Part shown: one piece after another, positions 1 through 8,622 of the stretch
Layout of the letters: every line of letters starts with the position of its first letter
Position numbering within the stretch: position 1 is the first letter of the stretch
Assembly (NCBI GenBank): GCA_965544035.1
Contig: CBEULR010000006.1
Span: 60,440-124,439, forward strand
Origin: an uncultured Peptococcaceae bacterium
Lineage (GTDB): Bacteria > Bacillota > Desulfotomaculia > Desulfotomaculales > Desulforudaceae
Direction: 5' to 3'
DNA: 64,000 nt
Made by a program: the position numbers and the translations under genes
Notes under the pieces: model-generated
Databases searched by the model: none
What the model saw: only the letters and a program-made list of their open reading frames with translations
What the model was told of the DNA's origin: nothing

Positions 1-1767
1 GGCCGTGAATTCGGCGTTGCGCGCGAAGCCGTTTCAAAGGCTATAGCCCGGGCTTGGCAGGCACAGAGGGATTTTGAGGACTATTGCGTCAAGCAAAAGG
101 CAACAACCGATGAGGCTTACAGGCATTTGCTGCATAAGCCGGCCGCAACGGAATCAAGGCGCCCTGTCAATTCGGAAGGTCCGGTCGTTGCCGTGATCGG
201 CCATCCCTATATTCTTTACGACAGCATCAGTATGGATCTCTTAAAGCGCATCGGCGAATACGGCCGTGTGGTCACCGCTGAAATGGTTCCACCGGCGGAA
301 ACCCGGCGCCAGATGGATACCGTACTGGAAGGTGAGCGCCTCTGGAGTTTTGAGGCTCAGCTTCTGGGAGCCGGTCTGCACTTCATTCGCAACCGTCTGG
401 TGGACAAGATCATCTTGGTCGGCTCCTTCGAATGCGGTCCGGAATCCATCATTGAGAACTACCTGGAGGAAGAAGCGGAAAGGGCGGGCATCCCGTTTAT
501 TCTGCTCACGCTTGATGAGCATACGGCGGAGGCCGGTATGGTCACACGCATCGAGGCTTTTATGGACGTGCAGCCCATTTCCGCACCGGAGAAGTCCGGT
601 ACCGCGCCGCAAGTACCGTTTGTGCCGGGACCACGCACTGAACCCGTTCTCGTCGGCATGCCGACCATGGGTTACCTGGATGTGGCACTGCGTTCAGCAC
701 TAAAAGAGTGCGGCGTGGAAACGATGCGCACCCCGCATGCCGGTAAAGAGGTAATTGAACTCGGTAAGGAACTGGCTCCGGAGTTTGTCTGTCTGCCGTT
801 TACCGTTACTCTGGGACAGATGCGCTGGCTTTTGGATCGTGGCGCCACCCACCTCTTGATGGTGGGCGGAAAAGGTAAGTGCCGTCTGGGTTGGTACGCT
901 CAGGTTCAGGAGCAGCTGCTTCGCAAAATGGGTTACGACTTTGAGTTGATTGTCATCGACTCCCCGCTCCCGTTTCACGAGCGCTGGGCCAATTTCCGGG
1001 ATACACTGAAGCATACCACGAAACAGGCTTCTTGGCTGAAGATTCTGCGTGCCTTGTATTTCGGATACCACAAGATGGCGGCCATCGACAACGCCGAACG
1101 GATACTGCACCGGGTTCGGGCCTTTGAATCCAAAATGGGCACGATCGATCGCCACTTCAAGCGGTTCGTAGCCAAGATCGAACGTGCCTCATCGACCGAA
1201 GCCGTTTGGCGTCTGGCCGACGAGTTTGCCCAGACTGCCGATTCCATTGAGACCGACGATACCAACCCGGTTCGCGTACGCATCGTGGGTGAAATTTGGG
1301 TGGTATTGGAATCACATATCAACCTTCACCTGGAGGAAATGCTGGGCAAATCGATCGAGCCCAGGGTATGGGTAGACCGCGAGATATCAGCCACATCCTG
1401 GTTTCACAAACACATCTTCCCCACCCGTAAGGCGACCGAACGCAAGGACCAGATCAAACAGGCGGCACTTCCCTACCTGGGTGCCGATCCCGGCGGCCAC
1501 GGACATATGAGTGTCGGGCTGACCGCACTGGCCAAGTCCGAACAAATGGATGGCGTGATTCATCTCCTGCCCTTCACGTGCATGCCGGAGATTGTGGCGC
1601 AAAACATTATGGTTCGGCTCAGCCAGGAAATGGATCTGCCGGTACTCACCTTTATCATCACCGATCAGACGGGTGAAGCCGGATTTGAAACCAGAGTTGA
1701 AGCCTTCTTGGATATTCTCAGGGACCGCAAGTTTTACGGAAATGAATTATCATCGGCGGCAAACTAA
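1..1767 (+). CDS. acyl-CoA dehydratase activase-related protein (DUF2229-like), 5' end outside the window
   Basis: The ORF track starts at TTG 127, but the same frame is open with no stop from nt 1 (GREFGVAREAVSKAI...), so the gene probably begins upstream. The family call rests on general resemblance and on adjacency to the activase ATPase at 1796. Confidence 0.55.
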   Translation, partial: GREFGVAREAVSKAIARAWQAQRDFEDYCVKQKATTDEAYRHLLHKPAATESRRPVNSEGPVVAVIGHPYILYDSISMDLLKRIGEYGRVVTAEMVPPAETRRQMDTVLEGERLWSFEAQLLGAGLHFIRNRLVDKIILVGSFECGPESIIENYLEEEAERAGIPFILLTLDEHTAEAGMVTRIEAFMDVQPISAPEKSGTAPQVPFVPGPRTEPVLVGMPTMGYLDVALRSALKECGVETMRTPHAGKEVIELGKELAPEFVCLPFTVTLGQMRWLLDRGATHLLMVGGKGKCRLGWYAQVQEQLLRKMGYDFELIVIDSPLPFHERWANFRDTLKHTTKQASWLKILRALYFGYHKMAAIDNAERILHRVRAFESKMGTIDRHFKRFVAKIERASSTEAVWRLADEFAQTADSIETDDTNPVRVRIVGEIWVVLESHINLHLEEMLGKSIEPRVWVDREISATSWFHKHIFPTRKATERKDQIKQAALPYLGADPGGHGHMSVGLTALAKSEQMDGVIHLLPFTCMPEIVAQNIMVRLSQEMDLPVLTFIITDQTGEAGFETRVEAFLDILRDRKFYGNELSSAAN

Positions 1768-1795
1768 GGCCGCTAACGCTTTATAGGAGGCCCAA

Positions 1796-2803
1796 ATGCG
1801 CTACTATCTGGGTATCGATGTAGGCAGCGTAACCACCAAGCTCGCCCTGATTGACGATCAGCTTAATCTCCATTATTCCAGTTACCTGCGTACCGAGGGC
1901 GGGCCGATTAATGCCATTCAGCGTTCATTCGTCAAGATGAACGCCGAAATGGGTGACGTACACATTGACGGCGTAGGCACCACCGGAAGCGGCCGGCGTC
2001 TGGCCGGGATTATGGTAGGGGCCGATGTGATTAAGAATGAGATCACCGCCCACGCAATGGCCGCCCGGCATGTCGAGCCCAATGTCCGCACGGTTATAGA
2101 TATCGGCGGCCAAGACTCAAAGATTATCTTTTTTCGAGACGGTGTTCCGATTGGTTTTAACATGAATTCGGTCTGCGCCGCCGGCACGGGTTCTTTCCTC
2201 GATCATCAGGCGGTACGCCTGGGAATACCCATCGAGGAATTCGGCGAGTATGCCCTGCGTTCCAGCAGTCCGATCAAGATCGCCGGACGTTGTGGGGTGT
2301 TCGCCGAGTCGGACCTGATCCACAAACAGCAGATGGGTTACAAAAAGGAAGACCTCATCGCCGGTTTGTGTCTCGCTCTGGTGGGCAACTACCTGGCCAA
2401 TGTAGCCCGCGGTCGGCGTATCGAGCCCACCGTGCTGTTCCAGGGTGGTGTGGCAGCCAACGTGGGTATTCGAGCCGCCTTCCAGAAGAGGCTGGGACTC
2501 GAAATCGTGGTGCCCGAATACTTCAAGGTGATGGGGGCTTTTGGATCGGCGATTCTGGCGAAACGCAACGCGGAACGCTATCGGCGCGCCACCAACTTCC
2601 GCGGCGCGGCGTACATCGCTTCCTTCACCTGCAGCCCGCGCACCTTCAGCTGTACGGATTGTCCGAACAACTGCGAGGTCAATGAGGTTTACATCGGCGA
2701 TGAACTCGTCAGCCGGTGGGGTTCGCGATGCGGAAAATGGTTTAACCTGAACGTTTCCTCGGAGGGCCGCACCGAAGCACGAGAGACTCCGCTCAGTATT
2801 TAG
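1796..2803 (+). CDS. BcrA/BcrD/BadF/BadG/HgdC-type activase ATPase (CoA-substrate-specific enzyme activase)
   Basis: MRYYLGIDVGSVTTK and DIGGQDSK actin-fold ATPase motifs. Cys-rich C-terminal tail (CTDCPNNCEV..CGKW). AGGAGG lies 5 nt upstream of the ATG. Confidence 0.75.
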   Translation: MRYYLGIDVGSVTTKLALIDDQLNLHYSSYLRTEGGPINAIQRSFVKMNAEMGDVHIDGVGTTGSGRRLAGIMVGADVIKNEITAHAMAARHVEPNVRTVIDIGGQDSKIIFFRDGVPIGFNMNSVCAAGTGSFLDHQAVRLGIPIEEFGEYALRSSSPIKIAGRCGVFAESDLIHKQQMGYKKEDLIAGLCLALVGNYLANVARGRRIEPTVLFQGGVAANVGIRAAFQKRLGLEIVVPEYFKVMGAFGSAILAKRNAERYRRATNFRGAAYIASFTCSPRTFSCTDCPNNCEVNEVYIGDELVSRWGSRCGKWFNLNVSSEGRTEARETPLSI

Positions 2804-2813
2804 TACGTTTTTC

Positions 2814-2842
2814 TTGATTCCTCGGGACCGATCTGGTAGAAT
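2814..2842 (+). promoter_or_regulatory. sigma-A-type promoter of rpmB
   Basis: TTGATT (2814-2819), 17-nt spacer, TAGAAT (2837-2842), about 30 nt upstream of the rpmB start. Confidence 0.55.
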
Positions 2843-2873
2843 AGGTGCGTGGTTTGTTAAGGAGGTGGAGAAT

Positions 2874-3065
2874 ATGGCCAAGGTATGCGAGATTTGCGGT
2901 AAAGGCGTCACGGTTGGAATGCAGGTGAGCCATTCCCACATCCGCAACAAACGCCGTTGGCAGCCTAACCTGCAGAAGGTCAAGGTGCTCGTCAACGGTG
3001 CACCGAAAAGAATCAGAGTCTGTACCTCTTGCCTGAAGGGCGGTAAAGTCACAAGAGCATTGTAA
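2874..3065 (+). CDS. rpmB: 50S ribosomal protein L28
   Basis: 63 aa, MAKVCEICGKGVTVGMQVSHSHIRNKRRWQPNLQK. ATG 2874 is preceded by AAGGAGG. The ORF-track start at 2814 is an upstream in-frame extension. Confidence 0.9.
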   Translation: MAKVCEICGKGVTVGMQVSHSHIRNKRRWQPNLQKVKVLVNGAPKRIRVCTSCLKGGKVTRAL

Positions 3066-3067
3066 AA

Positions 3068-3098
3068 GAAAACGGCCGAGAGGCCGTTTCTTGTTTTC
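3068..3098. terminator. bidirectional intrinsic terminator between convergent rpmB and ribH
   Basis: AAACGGCC-GAGA-GGCCGTTT hairpin (3070-3089) followed by CTTGTTTT on + and TCTTTT on -. Confidence 0.7.
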
Positions 3099-3132
3099 CT
3101 ATTCTGTTTTCACGCACTTGGAAGGACTCTTG

Positions 3133-3603
3133 CTACATTCCCATATTCCGGATCAGGTTCGCCATTTCGATCCCGCTTACGGCCGCGGCCCATCCCTTGT
3201 TGCCCGCCTTGGTTCCGGCTCTCTCGATGGCCTGCTCGATGGTATCGGCCGTGATCACCCCGAAAACGACCGGGATTCCGCTGTCCATTCCGACCTTGGC
3301 CACCCCTTTTGCCACCTCGGCGGCGACATAATCGAAATGCGGCGTAGCCCCGCGAATGACCGCCCCCAGGCACAGAATCGCATCATACCGGTTGGAGCCG
3401 GCCATTCGTTTTGCAACCACCGGGATCTCAAAGGCCCCCGGCACCCAGGCCACTTCCACGTTCAGCTCGTCCACACCATGCCGGACCAGAGCATCAAGCG
3501 CACCGCTCAAGAGCTTTTGTGTAATAAACTCATTAAAACGCCCCACGACGATTCCGATGCGCAGACCTTCTCCGACCAGATGCCCCTCATAATACTTCGT
3601 CAT
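3133..3603 (-). CDS. ribH: 6,7-dimethyl-8-ribityllumazine synthase
   Basis: [28 protein letters not shown]... ATG 3603 has AAGGAG upstream. The ORF-track start 3636 is probably an extension. Confidence 0.9.
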   Translation of the reverse strand: MTKYYEGHLVGEGLRIGIVVGRFNEFITQKLLSGALDALVRHGVDELNVEVAWVPGAFEIPVVAKRMAGSNRYDAILCLGAVIRGATPHFDYVAAEVAKGVAKVGMDSGIPVVFGVITADTIEQAIERAGTKAGNKGWAAAVSGIEMANLIRNMGM

Positions 3604-3645
3604 TCTTGATCCGCTCCTTGCTTCACTGACTCCCAAAGATTCGGC

Positions 3646-4860
3646 TTACCGAGCCGACTTGGGGGTTAAGGACAGCATGTGTCCAAGTTTCCGTTTTTTG
3701 GTGGCAAGGTAAAACCGGTTGTCCTCGCAGGGTTCGATCTCGATCGGCACGCGTTCGACCACTTGGAGACCGTGGCCTTCCAATCCCGCGATCTTACGCG
3801 GGTTATTGGTCATAATCCGCAGCTTGGTCAAGCCCAGATCGGAGAGAATCTGCGCCCCGATGCCGTAATCCCGCAGATCCGGCGGGAACCCAAGCGCCTC
3901 ATTCGCTTCCACCGTATCCTTGCCGTTATCCTGCAACTCATACGCCCTGATCTTGTTCAATATTCCGATCCCGCGGCCTTCCTGGCGCATGTAAAGCAGC
4001 ACACCGACGCCCTCATCATTTATCTTCCGTAAGGCCCGTGCAATCTGACTCCCGCAGTCACAGCGCAGGGAACCGAAAACGTCACCCGTCAGACACTCGG
4101 AATGAACCCGGACCAAAGGCGCTTCAACTGTGCCCGGATCCCCTTTGACTAAAGCCACGTGACCCTTACCGTCAAGCAGACTCTCGTAAGCGTGAACCAC
4201 GAAATCCCCGTACTTGGTCGGCAGCTTGGCCTGTCCGACACAGCGCACCAAACGCTCGTTCCGACGCCGATACCGGATCAGGTCGGCAATGGTGATAATG
4301 CGCAGGCCGTGTTCCTGCACAAACTCCATCAGTTCCGGCACCCTGGCCATCGTCCCGTCTTCCTTCATAATCTCACAGATGACCCCCGCCGGATACAGAC
4401 CGGCCAAACGCGCGAGGTCGATGGTGGCCTCGGTATGACCGGCCCTCCTCAGTACGCCGCCTTCCTTCGCGCGGAGCGGAAAGACGTGGCCCGGACGCCT
4501 CAGGTCGCTGGGGATGGTCTTCGGATCGATGATTTTCTTCACCGTCAAGGCCCGTTCGTGTGCTGAAATGCCCGTGCTGGTATCCTTGGCATCGACCGAA
4601 ACGGTGAAAGCGGTGCCATGCGGATCGGTGTTGTGAGCCACCATGGGATTTAAGTCCAACCGGTCGGCCAATTCATTCGTGATCGGCATACAGACCAGGC
4701 CCCGCCCATACTTCGTCATAAAGTTGATAGCCTCGGGGGTAACCTTTTCAGCGGCCATAACCAGGTCGCCCTCATTCTCACGGTCTTCATCATCAACGAT
4801 AACCAACATACGGCCCTGACGAAAATCCTCAATCGCTTCTTCTATCGTGCTGAATTTCAA
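3646..4860 (-). CDS. ribBA: bifunctional 3,4-dihydroxy-2-butanone-4-phosphate synthase / GTP cyclohydrolase II
   Basis: [12 protein letters not shown] (DHBP synthase) and [21 protein letters not shown] (GCH II) motifs. TTG start with GGGGGAG 7 nt upstream. Confidence 0.95.
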   Translation of the reverse strand: MKFSTIEEAIEDFRQGRMLVIVDDEDRENEGDLVMAAEKVTPEAINFMTKYGRGLVCMPITNELADRLDLNPMVAHNTDPHGTAFTVSVDAKDTSTGISAHERALTVKKIIDPKTIPSDLRRPGHVFPLRAKEGGVLRRAGHTEATIDLARLAGLYPAGVICEIMKEDGTMARVPELMEFVQEHGLRIITIADLIRYRRRNERLVRCVGQAKLPTKYGDFVVHAYESLLDGKGHVALVKGDPGTVEAPLVRVHSECLTGDVFGSLRCDCGSQIARALRKINDEGVGVLLYMRQEGRGIGILNKIRAYELQDNGKDTVEANEALGFPPDLRDYGIGAQILSDLGLTKLRIMTNNPRKIAGLEGHGLQVVERVPIEIEPCEDNRFYLATKKRKLGHMLSLTPKSAR

Positions 4861-5020
4861 CGGTCTTCTCCCCCTAGTCTATTTCGAACTATCGATAAAA
4901 TTGTCCCTCACCGAGACGTAAAAGTCAAATGCCTCAATATTATACAATTGTCCTATGATTCTTACTGAATGGATTTATCCCCTCGTGTCATCAGGAGTAT
5001 TGAACTGTCTTTTGGGGGCG

Positions 5021-5082
5021 GTAGTCAGCAGTCAGTATTCCGTAGGGCTTTTCTTTTCTGCTGAATACTGGATGCTCACTAC
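5021..5082. repeat. heptamer-periodic imperfect palindrome (copy H1)
   Basis: GTAGTCAGCAGTCAGTATTC (5021-5040) is 17/20 complementary to GAATACTGGATGCTCACTAC (5063-5082). The arms have 7-nt periodicity and match arms at 15863, 33206 and 57226. Confidence 0.6.
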
Positions 5083-5085
5083 TAT

Positions 5086-5754
5086 CTAGAGAAACCCGTG
5101 CTTGCCCAGAAAGGCCGCATCCAAACCTGATTTCTCTTTGGTTTCCGCTCGCCGGGTTTCCAACATCCTTTCCACGTAGCGGGCGATCATATCCGCTTCC
5201 AGATTAACACTGTCGCCCTTCTTCTTGAAGCCGAGCGTGGTCATCTTACCGGTGTGTGGAATAATGGAGACCCTAAAAGAACGGTCCGTGTGGTCCACCA
5301 CCGTTAGGCTGATCCCGTCGACGGCCACCGACCCCTTGCGGATGACGTAGCGCATAACCACCTCGGGCGCTTCAATGGTGAATACCTGAGCAATCCCGTG
5401 CGGACTCTTCTCGACAATCACGCCCACCCCGTCAACATGCCCGCTGACCAGGTGGCCGCCGAGACGGTCCCCCAGCTTCATCGCCCGTTCAAGATTTACC
5501 CGATCCCCTAGGCGCAACGTCCCCAGATTGGTTTTGGCCAGCGTCTCGCCCATCACATCGGCGGTAAAACGTGTCCGGCTGAAATTAGTCACGGTGAGGC
5601 ACACGCCGTTAACCGCGATGCTATCGCCAAGGCGCACATCCTGCAGTATCTCGGTAGCCTTTATCGTCAAGTGCGCCGACACCTGACCGTGCTCCACACG
5701 TTCCAGCGTCCCCAATTCTTCAATGATCCCGGTAAACACTTTTTCACCTGCCAT
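5086..5754 (-). CDS. ribE: riboflavin synthase (alpha chain)
   Basis: (MAGEK)VFTGIIEELGTLERV... with two lumazine-binding repeats. ATG 5754 has no Shine-Dalgarno sequence. GTG 5739, preceded by AGGTGA, is an alternative start. Confidence 0.9.
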   Translation of the reverse strand: MAGEKVFTGIIEELGTLERVEHGQVSAHLTIKATEILQDVRLGDSIAVNGVCLTVTNFSRTRFTADVMGETLAKTNLGTLRLGDRVNLERAMKLGDRLGGHLVSGHVDGVGVIVEKSPHGIAQVFTIEAPEVVMRYVIRKGSVAVDGISLTVVDHTDRSFRVSIIPHTGKMTTLGFKKKGDSVNLEADMIARYVERMLETRRAETKEKSGLDAAFLGKHGFL

Positions 5755-5771
5755 AAAAAGAGTTGTGTTCT

Positions 5772-6031
5772 TGTGTCATCAGGGTTTACCTCCGGGCGAC
5801 TCGTGCGATTCGGGCACTATTCTTAGCGAAGGTGAGGACTGTGCGGCGGCCCCCGACGAGGACGTTTACGGGCGCTTCCGCAATGGTTTTCTCCGCGGCC
5901 GACCGCCTGGATCGGCCGCACTGGAAAGAGCGCCCGGAAACAATCCGCAGGAGGGGTTCGCCGCACACCGAACCGGGCCTAGAAATGGTCGAATCGCTAA
6001 GCTGGAGACCGGGGTAAACCCTGATGACACT
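5772..6031. mobile_element. foldback MITE-like element, copy A
   Basis: GTGTCATCAGGGTTTACC (5773-5790) is a perfect inverted repeat of GGTAAACCCTGATGACAC (6013-6030). The interior is an imperfect long palindrome centred on GCGGCCGA..TCGGCCGC (5895-5919). The terminus recurs at 34859-34900 and 57259-57299. Confidence 0.6.
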
Positions 6032-6088
6032 ATCCCGTTTCGTCCCTCGTCGCTGTGGGGGTCTCACTTCGCAACCGGCCGATCATAA

Positions 6089-7186
6089 TCAATCAGAACG
6101 CGGGAAATAACCCTCGACACAAATGTCCGGCCCCAGCCGTTTCACCACAAGCTCTTCCAAAACCGGCGCTTCGGCCATCCGCTCGATTCCCGAGCCGCCC
6201 ACCGGACCGGGTGCCCCTGTCCCGCCGATAATCTTCGGAGCGATAAACCAGACGAGCTTATCCGGCAGACCTTCGGCCAAAAACGAGGCGTGCACCTCGC
6301 CCCCACCTTCCACCAGGACACTTGTAATCTCACGCTGCACAAGCTCTCGCATCAGCAACTGCAGATCGACCCGCGGCCCGTCACCGGCTACGATTACTAT
6401 CGCTCCCGCATCCTCAAGCGCCTGCAGGTCGGCGTCTCGCGCCCGGCCGGTCACAGCAACTATGGTAGGAGCATCGGAATCCTGCTGGATAACCCGCGAC
6501 GAAGGAGATATGCTGCCGCGGCTATCCAGAACAATCCGTACCGGGTCGCGGCCCCCCTCGGGGAGTCTGGTAGTCAGTGACGGATTATCCTTACGCACCG
6601 TTCCCGCCCCAACCAGGATCGCATCGTATGTATCACGCAATCGGTGCCCGTACTCCCGCGATTCGGGTCCGGTAATCCACCGCGAATCACCGGTATGGGC
6701 GGCAATCTTGCCGTCCAGACTTATCGCCGCCTTGAGCACAATGAACGGAAGACGACGGGTCACATACTTTACAAAAACCTCGTTCAACCTGCGGGCCTCT
6801 TTTTCAAGAACTCCTTCCACAACCTCGATTCCCGCCTCGCGCAGTCGCTCGATGCCCTTGCCGCCCACCAGCGGATTGGGGTCGCGCATCGCAACCACCA
6901 CCCGATCCACTCCGGCTCTGATCAACGCTTCGGTACACGGCCCGGTACGCCCCTGATGGCAGCAAGGTTCCAGGCTGACGTACATTGTGGCCCCCTTGGC
7001 CGCCTCTCCCGCAGCGCTCAGGGCAAATATCTCGGCGTGTGGTTCCCCGGCACGCGGATGAAATCCCCGTCCGATAATTCTGCCGTCACGCACTACCACC
7101 GCACCGACCATCGGATTGGGGCTGGTACGCCCGCGGGCTTTGGCCGCCAGTTCCAGGGCCAGCCGCATATACTCCAGGTCACCCAA
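6089..7186 (-). CDS. ribD: bifunctional diaminohydroxyphosphoribosylaminopyrimidine deaminase / 5-amino-6-(5-phosphoribosylamino)uracil reductase
   Basis: HAEIFAL and PCCHQGRTGPC deaminase zinc motifs plus a C-terminal reductase domain. The likely start is TTG 7186 (GGAGG 8 nt upstream), giving MGDLEYMRLALELA. The ORF-track start 7258 lies in the leader. Confidence 0.9.
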   Translation of the reverse strand: MGDLEYMRLALELAAKARGRTSPNPMVGAVVVRDGRIIGRGFHPRAGEPHAEIFALSAAGEAAKGATMYVSLEPCCHQGRTGPCTEALIRAGVDRVVVAMRDPNPLVGGKGIERLREAGIEVVEGVLEKEARRLNEVFVKYVTRRLPFIVLKAAISLDGKIAAHTGDSRWITGPESREYGHRLRDTYDAILVGAGTVRKDNPSLTTRLPEGGRDPVRIVLDSRGSISPSSRVIQQDSDAPTIVAVTGRARDADLQALEDAGAIVIVAGDGPRVDLQLLMRELVQREITSVLVEGGGEVHASFLAEGLPDKLVWFIAPKIIGGTGAPGPVGGSGIERMAEAPVLEELVVKRLGPDICVEGYFPRSD

Positions 7187-7304
7187 TACGCCTTCCTCCC
7201 AAGATACACAGCAAAACAGAATTGGACGCAACCGAAATCTGCACACCAACGGCCACACCGGTTACGCCCAACTTCGCTGGTATTCTTCCCCTAAAGATGG
7301 TTAA

Positions 7305-7334
7305 ATTATAGGCTTGGCGCGGAAACCTTGTCAA
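7305..7334 (-). promoter_or_regulatory. sigma-A-type promoter of the rib operon
   Basis: On the minus strand: TTGACA (7334-7329), 18-nt spacer, TATAAT (7310-7305), immediately downstream of the moaA stop. Confidence 0.6.
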
Positions 7335-7336
7335 GC

Positions 7337-8311
7337 TCAGCCCCCGATCTGTGACATCAACTTATCCATAACCGGATCAATCGCATGCTCCGAGTGCCCT
7401 TTTGGTTTGCGGGAGATAGCCTCGGCGATCAGAGAAGCCAGTTCTTCACGGTCGGCACCCCTGGCCAGCGCTTCTCTCAGATCCAACTCGTTCCCCTGAC
7501 AGAGACAGGGCCGCAGCGTTCCGGCGGCCGTCAAACGCATACGGTTGCACGCATCACAAAAATACCCCGAAAGCGGCGCGATAAAGCCGACCGTTCCCGG
7601 CGCACCCGGGACCTTCCAGTATTTGGCCGGACCGCTTCCCCCAACCGAGGTGATCGGTTCCAAAGCTCCGTAACGGGCTTCAATCAGTTCTCTCATTTCA
7701 CTGCAGGTAACAAGCAGTTGCCCAGCCCGTCCGCTGCTCTCTCCGATCGGCATCAGCTCAATAAACCGGACGTGCAGGGGCATTCTCTCGGTAAGCGCCA
7801 CCAAGTCAAGGATTTCATCATCGTTAACACCCCTAATCACCACCGTATTCAGCTTGACTGGTTCCAGGCCCTGTTCGAGGGCGGCTTCGATTCCGGCCCA
7901 GGTATCATCAAACCGGTCGCGGCAGGTAATGCTGCTGAACCGATCAGGCTTCAGCGTATCCAGACTGATATTTACCCGCCGCAGACCAGCTTCTTTTAAC
8001 TCCGCCGCATAACGGGCAAGCAGGGATCCATTGGTGGTCAGGGCAACGTCGTCGATTCGGTCGACAGCAGTCAGCCGTGCCGTCAGTTCTACAATGTCGG
8101 GCCTGACCAGCGGTTCCCCGCCGGTCAGGCGCAGTTTACGGATCCCGACCGTGGCTCCCGCCTCGACCACCCGTACAATGTCCTCAATCGACATATCGGC
8201 CTGAGGCGGTGCGCCCCCCTCACGCGGCCGACAATAAAAGCAGCGAAAATTGCAGCGTTCAGTTACGGATATCCGCAGGTAGGTGATCTTCCGTTCGTAT
8301 CCGTCAAGCAC
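7337..8311 (-). CDS. moaA: GTP 3',8-cyclase (molybdenum cofactor biosynthesis protein A)
   Basis: Radical-SAM motif CNFRCFYC near the N-terminus, and a C-terminal CxxC..C cluster (FCDACNRMR). Confidence 0.9.
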   Translation of the reverse strand: MLDGYERKITYLRISVTERCNFRCFYCRPREGGAPPQADMSIEDIVRVVEAGATVGIRKLRLTGGEPLVRPDIVELTARLTAVDRIDDVALTTNGSLLARYAAELKEAGLRRVNISLDTLKPDRFSSITCRDRFDDTWAGIEAALEQGLEPVKLNTVVIRGVNDDEILDLVALTERMPLHVRFIELMPIGESSGRAGQLLVTCSEMRELIEARYGALEPITSVGGSGPAKYWKVPGAPGTVGFIAPLSGYFCDACNRMRLTAAGTLRPCLCQGNELDLREALARGADREELASLIAEAISRKPKGHSEHAIDPVMDKLMSQIGG

Positions 8312-8343
8312 CCCTCACACCTCCCGCGCATGTCTGTAACACA

Positions 8344-8381
8344 GCAAAAACCAGGCACTCAATCACTGTTTGCGCCTGGCT
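8344..8381 (-). terminator. terminator-like expression platform of the Moco riboswitch
   Basis: Minus strand: CCAGGC..GCCTGG stem (8379-8374 / 8356-8351) followed by TTTTT (8350-8346), between the aptamer and the moaA start. Confidence 0.5.
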
Positions 8382-8399
8382 CTTACACAGATACATAGA

Positions 8400-8520
8400 C
8401 CGCACCATCCTTTCCGATCCGGGGGGCACACCGGTTTCCCGATGAACCTTATCGGCCCACTTCCGTAGCACGGAGGCATAAACCCCTGAACCTTAGGAGA
8501 GTGGGCTCGGAGGTGTACTC
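8400..8520 (-). promoter_or_regulatory. Moco (molybdenum cofactor) riboswitch aptamer
   Basis: Minus strand reads ACCUCCGAGCCCAC...GCCUCC...GUGGGC...GGGAAACCGG...GGAAAGGAUGGUG. This has the conserved CCUCCGAGCC, GCCUCC and GGAAAGGA blocks, with P1 closing CACCUCC/GGAUGGUG. It lies directly upstream of moaA. Confidence 0.7.
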
Positions 8521-8622
8521 TTAAGCATGTGTGTCACTAGACAGTATTCCACATATGCGGCGTTTTCCCTTCCCTTCCGCCGCAACTTATGCCCCGCCGA
8601 TCGGAACACCCCTGAAAACCTG

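Noticed and set aside
5763-6017. ORFs inside the foldback elements (5763..6017 + and 34700..34915 -) that share the peptide CVIRVYLRATRAI
   Set aside because: The shared peptide is only the translation of the conserved 40-nt terminus. The products diverge completely beyond it, there is no Shine-Dalgarno sequence, and both lie within palindromic DNA.
6018-6030. CTGATGA within the repeat terminus as a hammerhead ribozyme core
   Set aside because: There is no stem II / GAAA / stem III arrangement on the same strand, and other copies read CGGATGA, so the motif is not conserved.
5755-6088. Possible FMN or cobalamin riboswitch in the ribD-ribE spacer (strings such as GCCGCACTGG and GCTGGAGACCGG resemble B12-box fragments)
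   Set aside because: No FMN core blocks on either strand. The B12-like strings are on the strand opposite to the rib genes and lack the GGGAA/GGUG..AAxUCC core. The region is better explained as a terminal-inverted-repeat foldback element that recurs elsewhere.
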